From the NCBI GenBank assembly GCA_002753335.1, contig PEAD01000012.1, positions 62,001 through 86,724 of the forward strand: DNA of 24,724 nt, read 5' to 3'. The translations under genes and the position numbers were made by a program. The notes under the pieces were generated by a model. It made no database searches, had not been told where the DNA came from, and saw only the letters and a program-made list of their open reading frames with translations. Source of the DNA: Nitrospirae bacterium MYbin3. Lineage in GTDB: Bacteria; Nitrospirota; Thermodesulfovibrionia; Thermodesulfovibrionales; Dissulfurispiraceae. Numbering within the stretch: position 1 is the stretch's first letter; every line of letters starts with the position of its first letter. Below, piece by piece: positions 1 through 8,723 of the stretch.

Positions 1-57
1 CGTTTAGAGGCTGAGACCACAAAATACATAACTGAATATAAAAATGTGTTTTTTCTA

Positions 58-87
58 TTGACATACAATGTGTGTTGGCCATATTCT
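58..87 (+). promoter_or_regulatory. sigma70-type promoter of the dcw operon
   Basis: TTGACA (58-63), 18-bp spacer, TATTCT (82-87). An AT-rich UP-like tract lies upstream, and the site is just before the MraZ boxes and mraZ. Confidence 0.75.
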
Positions 88-91
88 ATCC

Positions 92-121
92 TTGTGGTAA
101 AAAGTGGTGAAAAGTGGTAAA
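92..121 (+). promoter_or_regulatory. MraZ-binding direct repeats (dcw box)
   Basis: TTGTGGTAAA/AAGTGGTGAA/AAGTGGTAAA: GTGGT at 94, 104 and 114 with exact 10-bp periodicity directly upstream of mraZ. This matches known MraZ operator architecture. Confidence 0.9.
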
Positions 122-126
122 TAGAT

Positions 127-582
127 ATGGCGACATTTAAAGGAACATATTATTACTCCCTGGACCCGAAAGGCAGAATCATGATCCCTGCTCCTTTGCG
201 CGAAGTATTTTTCACCAAGTACAACAATTCCAAACTATATATCACGAATGCTCCGTTTGACAAGTGTCTGCATGCATATCCTGTTGGTGAATGGGACCTG
301 CTTGAGGAAAAGCTGAGGGCTGCGCCGAAGTCTGATGAGGCGGTCCAGTTTTTCATGAGGCGTGTAATTGCTGCAGCGGTGGAGTGCGAACTTGATAAGC
401 AGGGCAGGATAATGATCCCTTATGAACTTCGCGAAAACGCTATCAGCAGCAGCGAAATAGTGATAGCCGGGCTTGTGGACAGGCTTGAAATATGGGACAA
501 GGCAAGATGGAAAGAGACTATCGATCCTGCAAGAGTTGACAGGAAGATTTTGGAGCCGAGGCTCGCGTCTTTCGGCATATGA
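127..582 (+). CDS. mraZ: Transcriptional regulator MraZ
   Basis: Two AbrB-like repeats with DPKGR and DKQGR (DxxGR) motifs; first gene of the dcw cluster. Confidence 0.97.
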   Translation: MATFKGTYYYSLDPKGRIMIPAPLREVFFTKYNNSKLYITNAPFDKCLHAYPVGEWDLLEEKLRAAPKSDEAVQFFMRRVIAAAVECELDKQGRIMIPYELRENAISSSEIVIAGLVDRLEIWDKARWKETIDPARVDRKILEPRLASFGI

Positions 583-1451
583 TGGTCCATCAGCCGGTAA
601 TGATCGAGGAGACTTTAGAAATGCTTAACATCAAACAGGATGGGACTTATGTTGACGCCACTGTCGGTCTAGGCGGGCATTCTTCAGCTATCCTCTCACG
701 TCTCGATGAGCACGGCCGGATAGTGGGCATTGACAGGGATGATAATGCGCTTAGCATAGCTTTTGAGCGGCTCGGCAACAACAGAGTTCATCTGGCAAAG
801 GGCAGCTTTTCGTCGATAGACCGGATACTGGCTTCTTTTGGTGTTGCGGGGTTTGATGGTGTTGTTTTCGATCTTGGGCTTTCGATGATGCAGCTCAAGG
901 ATTTAGGCAGGGGCTTCAGCTTTAATTCAACAGAGAGGCTTGATATGAGGATGGACCGGTCTCAGGCTCTTTCTGCATGGGATGTGGTTAATCGCTATCA
1001 GGAGAAGACGATCGAAAAGATATTGAAGGAATACGGGGAAGAACGGCTTGCCACTAAGATCGCAAAGGCCATTATTTCAAATCGCAAGCAGGCCGCAATA
1101 AACACATGCTCAGAACTTGCCGAAATTGTTTCGGCTGTTTACGGCTACAGGGGAAAGATACATCCTGCAACGAGGACTTTTCAGGCTTTGAGAATAGAAG
1201 TGAACAGGGAACTGGACGAACTCAGGGAGGGGCTTTCTGCCGCTGCATCAGGCTTGAGGAACGGCGGCAGGGTTTGCGTAATATCCTACCACTCGCTGGA
1301 AGACAGAATAGTAAAAAACTTTATTCGTGACGGAGCAAAGTCCGGCGCCTTAAGAAATATTACCAAGAAGCCGCTTGTGCCCAAGGCTGAAGAAACAAAA
1401 AGGAATCCCGCCTCGAGGAGCGCAAAACTTAGGGGGGCCGAAAAAATATGA
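579..1451 (+). CDS. rsmH: 16S rRNA m4C1402 methyltransferase RsmH (MraW)
   Basis: HQPVM, DATVGLGGHS, RGFSF, LDMRMD, HPATRTFQALRIEVN, SYHSLEDRIVK, NPASRSAKLR; ATGA overlap with mraZ. Confidence 0.98.
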   Translation: MMVHQPVMIEETLEMLNIKQDGTYVDATVGLGGHSSAILSRLDEHGRIVGIDRDDNALSIAFERLGNNRVHLAKGSFSSIDRILASFGVAGFDGVVFDLGLSMMQLKDLGRGFSFNSTERLDMRMDRSQALSAWDVVNRYQEKTIEKILKEYGEERLATKIAKAIISNRKQAAINTCSELAEIVSAVYGYRGKIHPATRTFQALRIEVNRELDELREGLSAAASGLRNGGRVCVISYHSLEDRIVKNFIRDGAKSGALRNITKKPLVPKAEETKRNPASRSAKLRGAEKI

Positions 1452-1816
1452 GAAGGGTCAAGAAGAGTTTCTTTTCGATGATCGCAAGACCTCTTCTTGT
1501 TGTTTTGGTAATCTTGTCAGCCTTCACCATAGTATGGATAAGGTCAACCGTCGTATCTCTGGAGTATTCGATAAACAATCTGGAAAAAAAGAAGATGCAG
1601 GCATTGAAAGAGAGCAAGCTGCTTTCGGCCGAAAAGGCGAATCTTTTATCGATAGAGAAGCTCGAAAAAGTCGCATCCAATAATTTTGTGATACCCGACA
1701 GGGTAAAGGTTGTGCAGGTGAGACAGGGTTGGGTAAAGGTGCCGCAGAAGGTGGCCCTTTCGGTTGAGGAAGGGGAATTTTCTCCCCGCAGAATGCTTAA
1801 GAAAATTATGGATTAA
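1448..1816 (+). CDS. ftsL: Cell division protein FtsL-like (bitopic, coiled coil)
   Basis: Basic N-terminus, one TM helix, heptad coiled coil ending LLSIEKLEKVA; positioned between rsmH and ftsI. Confidence 0.8.
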   Translation: MRRVKKSFFSMIARPLLVVLVILSAFTIVWIRSTVVSLEYSINNLEKKKMQALKESKLLSAEKANLLSIEKLEKVASNNFVIPDRVKVVQVRQGWVKVPQKVALSVEEGEFSPRRMLKKIMD

Positions 1817-1824
1817 CAATAGAT

Positions 1825-3528
1825 ATGAAAAAAAGAGCGATTATACTTGGGGTTTTGGTAACTATCGGGTATATCGCTGTTGCCGCCAGACTGTCCCAGA
1901 TAATGCTTGTTGAACACGACCTGTTTACGGCAAAGGCTAAAGGGCAGCAGATAAAAAAAGAGGCGGTGCCTGTTAAGCGCGGAATGATACTTGACAGGGC
2001 AGGCAGGGAGCTTGCTGTAAACCTGGACACAGAATCTGTCTTTGCAAATCCTTCAGAAATACCATCACCCGAAAGAGTTGCAGATTCCCTATCTAAAGGA
2101 ATCAAAAAGAATCCTGATGTAATCCTTGCAAAACTTTCGGCCGACAAGAAGTTCAACTGGATCGAGCGCAAACTCGACACCGAGGACACGAACAGGATTA
2201 AAGAGATAGTGAAGGATTCGAAGCTGGAGGGTGTGGGTTTCTTTCCTGAGATGAAGAGGTTTTATCCCCGCGGCAAACTGGCATCTCATGTAATAGGTTA
2301 TGTGGACATAGACAACAACGGACTTGAGGGCATCGAGATGTCTTATCACAAACATCTTACAACTCGCGGCGAAAACCTTAAGGTGGTGCGGGACGCCAGA
2401 GGGAATGTGCTTTCTGAAGGTCAGCGCAAAGAGATAAAAGGCAACAATATAGTTTTGACGGTTGATGAAGTTCTCCAGCATATCATGGAAAGAAATATCG
2501 ATGAAGTTGTATCTAAATATAGCGCTGCAGCAGCGGTCGGAATAATGATGGATCCCAAGACCGGTGAAATCCTTGCAATGACCAGCAGGCCCACGTATGA
2601 CCCCAACAATCCTGCCGATGTTAAGGCCGGCCAAAGGAGAAACAGAGGCATAACCGACTGTTATGAGCCGGGCTCCACATTCAAGGTGATAGTAGGCACC
2701 GCAGCGCTTGAGGAGAAGGTAGTAAATCCCAACAGTAAATTTGACTGCAGTGCAGGCTCTATCGAGGTTGGCGGAGGCAGGATTAAGGATGCCCACAAGC
2801 ACGGTGTGCTTACATTTAAAGAAGTGATACAGAAGTCTTCAAATGTCGGCACTATTCAAATAGCGCTGAAGCTCGGCAGGCAAAGGGTTTATGACTATAT
2901 CAAGCGCTTTGGGTTCGGTGAAAAGAGCGGCATAGACCTTGTTGGCGAGGTTTCGGGGGCGGTCAAAAAGCCGGCCCGCTGGTCAGGTATGACTATCGGC
3001 GCGATATCTATAGGTCAGGAAGTTGCGGTGACTCCTTTGCAGGTGCTGAGGGCATACGCGGCGATTGCGAACGGAGGTTATCTTGTAAAGCCTCATCTTG
3101 TATCTCAGGTCGTATCTCCTGAAGGAGAGCAGATATATAAGGCAGCAATCAAGGCCGAGCGAATTCTTTCTGATGAAAATGTTGAGACTTTCAGAAACAT
3201 ACTCAAGACCGTCACAGAAGAAGGTGGAACCGCCACAACTGCTGCGGTGGACGGCAATTTGGTGGCCGGTAAAACAGGCACAGCACAGCTTATAGACCCA
3301 AGGACAAAACGCTATTCAAAAGACAGGTTCATCAGTTCTTTTGTTGGATTTGTGCCTGCGGACAAGCCGAAGCTGGCTATGATTGTAGTTGTTTACGAAC
3401 CAAGGGGCGCCATATACGGCGGAGTGGTTGCAGGACCGGTGTTTAAAAAAATTGCGGGCGAGTCGCTCTCACACCTTAGCGTTTTAAGAGATGACGCTAA
3501 AGAGAAGCGGCTTGTAATTTCGAACTAA
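1825..3528 (+). CDS. ftsI: Septal transpeptidase FtsI (class B PBP), no PASTA domain
   Basis: N-terminal TM, RGMILDR, RFYP, GLEGIE, EPGSTFK (SxxK), SSN, KTGTAQ. Confidence 0.96.
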   Translation: MKKRAIILGVLVTIGYIAVAARLSQIMLVEHDLFTAKAKGQQIKKEAVPVKRGMILDRAGRELAVNLDTESVFANPSEIPSPERVADSLSKGIKKNPDVILAKLSADKKFNWIERKLDTEDTNRIKEIVKDSKLEGVGFFPEMKRFYPRGKLASHVIGYVDIDNNGLEGIEMSYHKHLTTRGENLKVVRDARGNVLSEGQRKEIKGNNIVLTVDEVLQHIMERNIDEVVSKYSAAAAVGIMMDPKTGEILAMTSRPTYDPNNPADVKAGQRRNRGITDCYEPGSTFKVIVGTAALEEKVVNPNSKFDCSAGSIEVGGGRIKDAHKHGVLTFKEVIQKSSNVGTIQIALKLGRQRVYDYIKRFGFGEKSGIDLVGEVSGAVKKPARWSGMTIGAISIGQEVAVTPLQVLRAYAAIANGGYLVKPHLVSQVVSPEGEQIYKAAIKAERILSDENVETFRNILKTVTEEGGTATTAAVDGNLVAGKTGTAQLIDPRTKRYSKDRFISSFVGFVPADKPKLAMIVVVYEPRGAIYGGVVAGPVFKKIAGESLSHLSVLRDDAKEKRLVISN

Positions 3529-3532
3529 AGAC

Positions 3533-5167
3533 ATGAAGGCAGGAGATTTGTTGAGAATGGATTACAGGGCAGAGGGCAAATTGGATAAAGAGGTATCGGG
3601 TGTCGTGTATGATTCTCGGCAGGTGCGTGAAGGAGACGTGTTCATAGCGGTCAAGGGAGATAACGTAAACGGACATGATTTCATAGAAAAGGCGCTGAAC
3701 AACGGGGCCGGAGCCATCGTATATGATGAGCGCGGCAAGGCTATAGAAGAGTTGATGGCCGGGCATGGCGATAGGGCGTGGATAGAGGTTGGCGATTCGA
3801 GGGACGCTATGGCTTACATGTCGGACCTTTTCTACGGCAAGGCTTCTGAGCGGCTTAACCTCATAGGCATTACAGGAACCAACGGCAAGACCACCACCAC
3901 ATACCTTATCAAATCGATACTCGAAAGCTGCGGCTACGGGGTTGGCTTGATAGGAACTATAAACTATCTGATAAAGGACAAGTCCTATGATGCACCGCAT
4001 ACAACACCGGAGGCATGTGATTTTCAGCGGCTGCTGCATGACATGGCCGCAGAAGGCTGCAGCCACGTTGTTGCGGAAGTCTCGTCACATTCATTGATTC
4101 AAAAGCGGGTTGATTATACAAAGTTCAAGGTGGCGCTTTTTACGAACCTTACAAGGGACCATCTAGATTTTCATAAGACAATGGAAGATTACTATAAGGC
4201 AAAAGAACGGCTGTTTACTGACATCCTCTCAAAGGATGGAACCGCGGTTGTGAACATAGATGATGAGCGCGGAAGGTTCTTGGCGTCTGAATTGAAAAAA
4301 GAAGGCATGAGAGTGCTTACCTTTGGGGTCAAGAGCGGCGATGCGGATGTAAAACCTGAAGAAATCAAAAACTCGTTCAACGGCACCATATTCAATATTG
4401 TTGCCGGCCAATTTGGTTTGAATGAAGAATTAAGTTCTTCGCTTGTTGGCATCACAAATGTCTATAACATTTTAGCTGCGGCTGCGGCTGCTTTGGCTCT
4501 GGATATACCGATTAAAAATATAAAGGAGGGAATTGCGATGGCGTCTTTGATCAGGGGAAGGTTTGAGAAGGTGGATGTGGGGCAGGAATTCCTTGCTGTT
4601 GTTGATTATGCACACACAGAGGATGCTCTTGAGAGGCTGCTGTTGACTGCGAGGCAGCTGCTTGAGGCGTATCATGTTGCTGCAAAGACCGAGAGGATGC
4701 TTAAGGTGAAGAGGCGCGATTTCTCTGTGCCCGAGCAGTGCGCTGAACAAAGGAAGGGAAAGATAATAGTTGTTTTCGGATGCGGGGGCAACAGAGATAA
4801 GGGCAAGCGCTCAAAGATGGGAGAGATAGCCGCAAAGCTCAGCGATTTTGTGATCGTAACTTCGGACAACCCCAGGAACGAAGACCCGAAGAGAATAATA
4901 AGAGAGATAGAAAAAGGCATAAGCGGGGATAATTATATAGTCATTCAGGATCGTACAACCGCTATCAGCATGGCTGTGGAGCTGGCTTCGCCTGGGGATA
5001 TAGTGCTTGTTGCCGGCAAAGGGCATGAGGATTATCAGGAGATTGAGGGCACCCGCCACGCCTTCAGCGACAGGGTTGCTCTTGAAAGTTCTATACGCAG
5101 AACCATAAGCAGGCCTGCCTTCGGCCGCGGAATGAACTACAGGGGGGCAGAGGCCGCAACGTGTTAA
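3533..5167 (+). CDS. murE: UDP-MurNAc-L-Ala-D-Glu:meso-DAP ligase MurE
   Basis: GTNGKTTT, HTTPE, EVSSH, NLTRDHLDFH, DYAHT, FGCGG, AGKGHE. The DNPR motif indicates meso-DAP specificity. Confidence 0.97.
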   Translation: MKAGDLLRMDYRAEGKLDKEVSGVVYDSRQVREGDVFIAVKGDNVNGHDFIEKALNNGAGAIVYDERGKAIEELMAGHGDRAWIEVGDSRDAMAYMSDLFYGKASERLNLIGITGTNGKTTTTYLIKSILESCGYGVGLIGTINYLIKDKSYDAPHTTPEACDFQRLLHDMAAEGCSHVVAEVSSHSLIQKRVDYTKFKVALFTNLTRDHLDFHKTMEDYYKAKERLFTDILSKDGTAVVNIDDERGRFLASELKKEGMRVLTFGVKSGDADVKPEEIKNSFNGTIFNIVAGQFGLNEELSSSLVGITNVYNILAAAAAALALDIPIKNIKEGIAMASLIRGRFEKVDVGQEFLAVVDYAHTEDALERLLLTARQLLEAYHVAAKTERMLKVKRRDFSVPEQCAEQRKGKIIVVFGCGGNRDKGKRSKMGEIAAKLSDFVIVTSDNPRNEDPKRIIREIEKGISGDNYIVIQDRTTAISMAVELASPGDIVLVAGKGHEDYQEIEGTRHAFSDRVALESSIRRTISRPAFGRGMNYRGAEAATC

Positions 5168-6570
5168 CAATCGAAAACATTCTGGAGGCGACCGGAGGTT
5201 CGGCCGCTTTTGCAGGAGTTCCGGCATTTAGCGGAATTTCTATAGACTCACGGACCACAAAAGAGGAGGATATATTTCTTGCCCTAAAGGGCGAAAACCA
5301 TGACGGACATAACTTTGTCAGGCAGGCGCTTGATAAATGCAGCGGCGTTATTGTGAATCGTGATGCGCTGTGCGCAGATGGCAGTATAGCAGGGCTGCGT
5401 ATTGCGGATTGCGAATCGCCCAAGACCGTTATTCTTGTACCGGATACCTTAAAAGCTCTGCATGCGGTGGCCTCTTTTCTCAGAACAAGGTTTGAGGGCC
5501 ATGTAATCGGAGTTGTTGGAAGCAACGGCAAAACTACGACCAAGGAGCTTTCTGCTTCGGTGCTTGGCAAAAATATGAAGGTTCTCAAGACCGAGGGCAA
5601 TTTAAACAATCATATTGGCATGCCTTTGTGCATAAGCCGCCTTATGTCAGGCACCGGCGCTATGGTGCTTGAGATGGGCACAAATAGGCCGGGCGATGTT
5701 GCTGAACTGTGCTCTATTGCGGCTCCGGACACGGCTATCATAACGAATATAGGGTATGAGCATCTGGAGGGCTTTGGCTCGCTCGAAAAGGTGAGGGAGT
5801 CTGAGCTTGAAGTCTTATCACATGTGAAGAGGGTGATTGTAAATGCGGACGACAGCTTTCTTATGGACGGAGTAAAGGCACGCTTTGGCGGACAAATAAT
5901 ATCCTTCGGCATAGAGGGGGAAAGTGGAGCGGATGTTTTTGCGGAAGGCATAGCCTACTCGGACAGAAAAACATTATTCACCCTTTGCACTAAAAACGGC
6001 TCTGTTCCTATAGAATCAAGGCTCCCTGGGCTTTTCAATATATACAACTCGCTTGCAGCCGCGGCTCTTGGTGCAGCTTTAGGTATCCCAATAAACGAAA
6101 TAAAGGCAGGGCTTGAATCTTTTGAAGGCGTATCGTTGAGGTTTAAGGTTCAAAACATAGGCGGCATAATTTTATTGAATGATGTGTATAACGCAAATCC
6201 TTCTTCGATGGATGTATCGCTGAACGAAATGGCCCGTCTTATGGCAGCATCCCAAAAGGGCAGGTCTATAGCTGTTCTCGGCGATATGCTTGAACTCGGC
6301 GGATTCGGCATCGAGGCGCATAAGGATATCGGCCGCAAACTTCGTGCCATGCACGTTGATATGCTGATAGCAGTAGGCTCTTTGATGATGCATGCGGCTG
6401 AAGAGTTCGGCAGCGGGGCCGTATGCGTTGATAGTTCGACCGAAGCGGCTGCAATGCTCAGCGAAGTTGCAAGGGAAGGTGACATTGTTCTGGTAAAGGG
6501 ATCCCGCGGTATGCGTATGGAAAAGGTTTTTGAGAGCGCAGTTAAGGGAGGTGAAGTAAATGCTGTTTGA
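5161..6570 (+). CDS. murF: UDP-MurNAc-tripeptide:D-Ala-D-Ala ligase MurF
   Basis: GTG start; DSR, GSNGKTTTKE, NLNNHIG, EMG, DVYNANPSSM, GDMLELG, KGSRG. Confidence 0.97.
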   Translation: MLTIENILEATGGSAAFAGVPAFSGISIDSRTTKEEDIFLALKGENHDGHNFVRQALDKCSGVIVNRDALCADGSIAGLRIADCESPKTVILVPDTLKALHAVASFLRTRFEGHVIGVVGSNGKTTTKELSASVLGKNMKVLKTEGNLNNHIGMPLCISRLMSGTGAMVLEMGTNRPGDVAELCSIAAPDTAIITNIGYEHLEGFGSLEKVRESELEVLSHVKRVIVNADDSFLMDGVKARFGGQIISFGIEGESGADVFAEGIAYSDRKTLFTLCTKNGSVPIESRLPGLFNIYNSLAAAALGAALGIPINEIKAGLESFEGVSLRFKVQNIGGIILLNDVYNANPSSMDVSLNEMARLMAASQKGRSIAVLGDMLELGGFGIEAHKDIGRKLRAMHVDMLIAVGSLMMHAAEEFGSGAVCVDSSTEAAAMLSEVAREGDIVLVKGSRGMRMEKVFESAVKGGEVNAV

Positions 6571-7642
6571 GGTTTATTACTACTTCTATTCCTATTTTTC
6601 ACCGCTGAATGTTTTTAGATATATAACTTTCAGGAGCTCTTTTGCGGCGCTGACAGCGCTTGCTGTTACATTTATCATCGCGCCCAGAGTTATAGCATGG
6701 CTTAAAAAGATAAGCATGACGCAGCAGATACGGGATGACGGGCCTAAGACCCATTACTCAAAGGCGGGTACGCCAACAATGGGTGGTGTTATCATTATCA
6801 TATCGATTGTAGTTTCGATGATTTTCTGGGGCAATTTCAGAAATGTATATGTGTGGATAATGCTTGTTTCGCTTGTTGGATTTGGTGGCATAGGATTTTG
6901 GGACGACTATTTGAAGGCTGTCAAGAAAGATTCTCAAGGCCTTAAAGGCATATATAAACTTGGTCTCCAATTTTTGTTTGCAACCCTACTAAGTATTTTT
7001 CTTTATTCAAATCCAAATGATCCTTACAGCACCATACTTAGCGTGCCCTTTTTTAAGAAGTGGCTTTTTGATCTCGGGTTTTTCTATATACCGTTTTCGG
7101 TATTTGTTATGGTTGGATCTTCTAATGCGGTAAATCTTACAGACGGAATAGACGGCTTGGCAATAGGGCTTGTGGCCATTGCGGTATTTGCAAATGGCGC
7201 TCTCACCTATCTTTCGGGCCATGCACAGTTCGCAAAATATCTCCAAGTGCTTTATTTGCCGGGCACCGGCGAGCTTACTGTTTTTTGCGGCGCGCTTTTC
7301 GGAGCTGCGCTCGGATTTCTCTGGTACAACTCGTATCCAGCCGAGGTTTTTATGGGAGATGTTGGTTCTCTAAGTTTGGGTGGAGCATTGGGCACGCTTG
7401 CGGTCATAACCAAGCACGAAATAGTATTGGCTGTTGTGGGCGGCATCTTCGTAATAGAAACCATCTCGGTGGTTATGCAGGTTGCCTCTTTTAAACTGAC
7501 CGGCAAGCGGGTTTTTAAGATGGCGCCCATACATCACCATTTTGAACTAAAGGGTTGGCCTGAACCTAAGGTCATTATGCGTTTTTGGATAGCAGGGATT
7601 ATCCTTGCACTTTTCAGTCTTGCAACATTAAAATTGAGGTGA
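6560..7642 (+). CDS. mraY: Phospho-MurNAc-pentapeptide translocase MraY
   Basis: KAGTPTMGG, WDDY, NAVNLTDGIDGLA, FMGDVGS, MAPIHHHFE; multiple TM helices; strong SD GGAGGTG. Confidence 0.98.
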   Translation: MLFEVYYYFYSYFSPLNVFRYITFRSSFAALTALAVTFIIAPRVIAWLKKISMTQQIRDDGPKTHYSKAGTPTMGGVIIIISIVVSMIFWGNFRNVYVWIMLVSLVGFGGIGFWDDYLKAVKKDSQGLKGIYKLGLQFLFATLLSIFLYSNPNDPYSTILSVPFFKKWLFDLGFFYIPFSVFVMVGSSNAVNLTDGIDGLAIGLVAIAVFANGALTYLSGHAQFAKYLQVLYLPGTGELTVFCGALFGAALGFLWYNSYPAEVFMGDVGSLSLGGALGTLAVITKHEIVLAVVGGIFVIETISVVMQVASFKLTGKRVFKMAPIHHHFELKGWPEPKVIMRFWIAGIILALFSLATLKLR

Positions 7643-7643
7643 T

Positions 7644-8723
7644 ATGAAAATGGAAAAAAGAGTGATTCATAAGGCGTTGTTGATGTTTTTGGCTGTTTTT
7701 GCAGTGGTATCAAATGCGGCTGTTGTTTGCGCTGATGACATAGGGGCCAAGGCAGCAGTGGCCTTTGATGCAACCGCAGACAGGATTCTTTATGCCAAGA
7801 ACCCTAATCTTAAGGTGCCCCCCGCTAGCACTACCAAGCTTCTCACCTCTATGGTTGTGCTGGACAGGCTGAACCCTGATTCGATCATCACAGTAAGCGC
7901 AAATGCTGCATCGATCCCTTCGGTTTCTCCCAGACTGAGAAAAGGAGACCGTTTTGCTGTTCGAGACCTTCTCTCTCTTGCGCTTATGCGTTCGATAAAC
8001 GGTGCTACGGTTGCGCTTGCAGAGGCTGTGGCAGGGTCTGAAGATGGGTTCACGCGGTTGATGAACGAAAAGGCTGTCAAAATAGGCGCAGAGAACAGTG
8101 TTTTCATCAACGCCTCGGGGCTTCCGGGGCCGGGCCAGCATGTTACGGCCTATGATCTTGCAAAGGTTATGAAGGCTTCTCTCGATTATCCTTTGTTAAA
8201 GGAAATAATAAATACCAGAACTGCCGTGGTTTATACGCTCGACGGCAGAAGGCTTTTTCTGAAAAATACCAATCAGCTGCTATGGTCTGAAGAAGACCTT
8301 ATCGGCGGCAAGACCGGTTACACTAAAGAGGCACGGCATTGTTTTGTGTGCGCTGCCAAAAGAGGCGAATCCACCCTTATAAGCGTAGTTTTGGGAGAGA
8401 GGGTGAGGGATAATCTTTGGGAGGACTCAAAGACGCTGCTTGCAAAGGGCGTTGATGTTCTCAATAAAAAGGCCGAGCCTATGATCTATCTCAGCACCGA
8501 AGACACTGGCCCTATAGTCTTTGCGACCTATTCCAAACCGGCCAAGAATAAAGCAAAGAAGAAGATCGCTCACAATAAAAACAGAAAGAGCAAGGGCACG
8601 AAACTGGCTAATGCCAAGCAGGGCAAAACTCAGGGAGCTGCCGTGGCCTCGTCAAAAAAGATTAAGAAAAAGCGTTCCAATCTATCTGCCGAAACCGATC
8701 AGGAGTTATCCAGAAGGTCATAG
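7644..8723 (+). CDS. Peptidase S11 low-molecular-weight PBP (DD-carboxypeptidase/endopeptidase) with Lys-rich C-terminal tail
   Basis: Signal peptide; PASTTK (SxxK), RSIN (SxN), GGKTGYT (KTG), FINASGL. No PBP5 C-terminal domain; about 65-aa basic tail. Confidence 0.92.
   Translation: MKMEKRVIHKALLMFLAVFAVVSNAAVVCADDIGAKAAVAFDATADRILYAKNPNLKVPPASTTKLLTSMVVLDRLNPDSIITVSANAASIPSVSPRLRKGDRFAVRDLLSLALMRSINGATVALAEAVAGSEDGFTRLMNEKAVKIGAENSVFINASGLPGPGQHVTAYDLAKVMKASLDYPLLKEIINTRTAVVYTLDGRRLFLKNTNQLLWSEEDLIGGKTGYTKEARHCFVCAAKRGESTLISVVLGERVRDNLWEDSKTLLAKGVDVLNKKAEPMIYLSTEDTGPIVFATYSKPAKNKAKKKIAHNKNRKSKGTKLANAKQGKTQGAAVASSKKIKKKRSNLSAETDQELSRRS

Noticed and set aside
16..76. Possible NrdR box or operator (ACATACA-A-TGTGTGT imperfect palindrome at 61-75)
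   Set aside because: Poor fit to the NrdR consensus, low complexity and an implausible gene context.
1772..1787. GGGGA-ATTTTC-TCCCC hairpin near the end of ftsL
   Set aside because: Short stem within coding sequence, no U-tract; likely chance.
2089..2802. 237-aa antisense ORF, and other long minus-strand ORFs across dcw (e.g. 3497-4066, 17243-17902)
   Set aside because: Shadows of conserved sense genes with no recognisable motifs or RBS.
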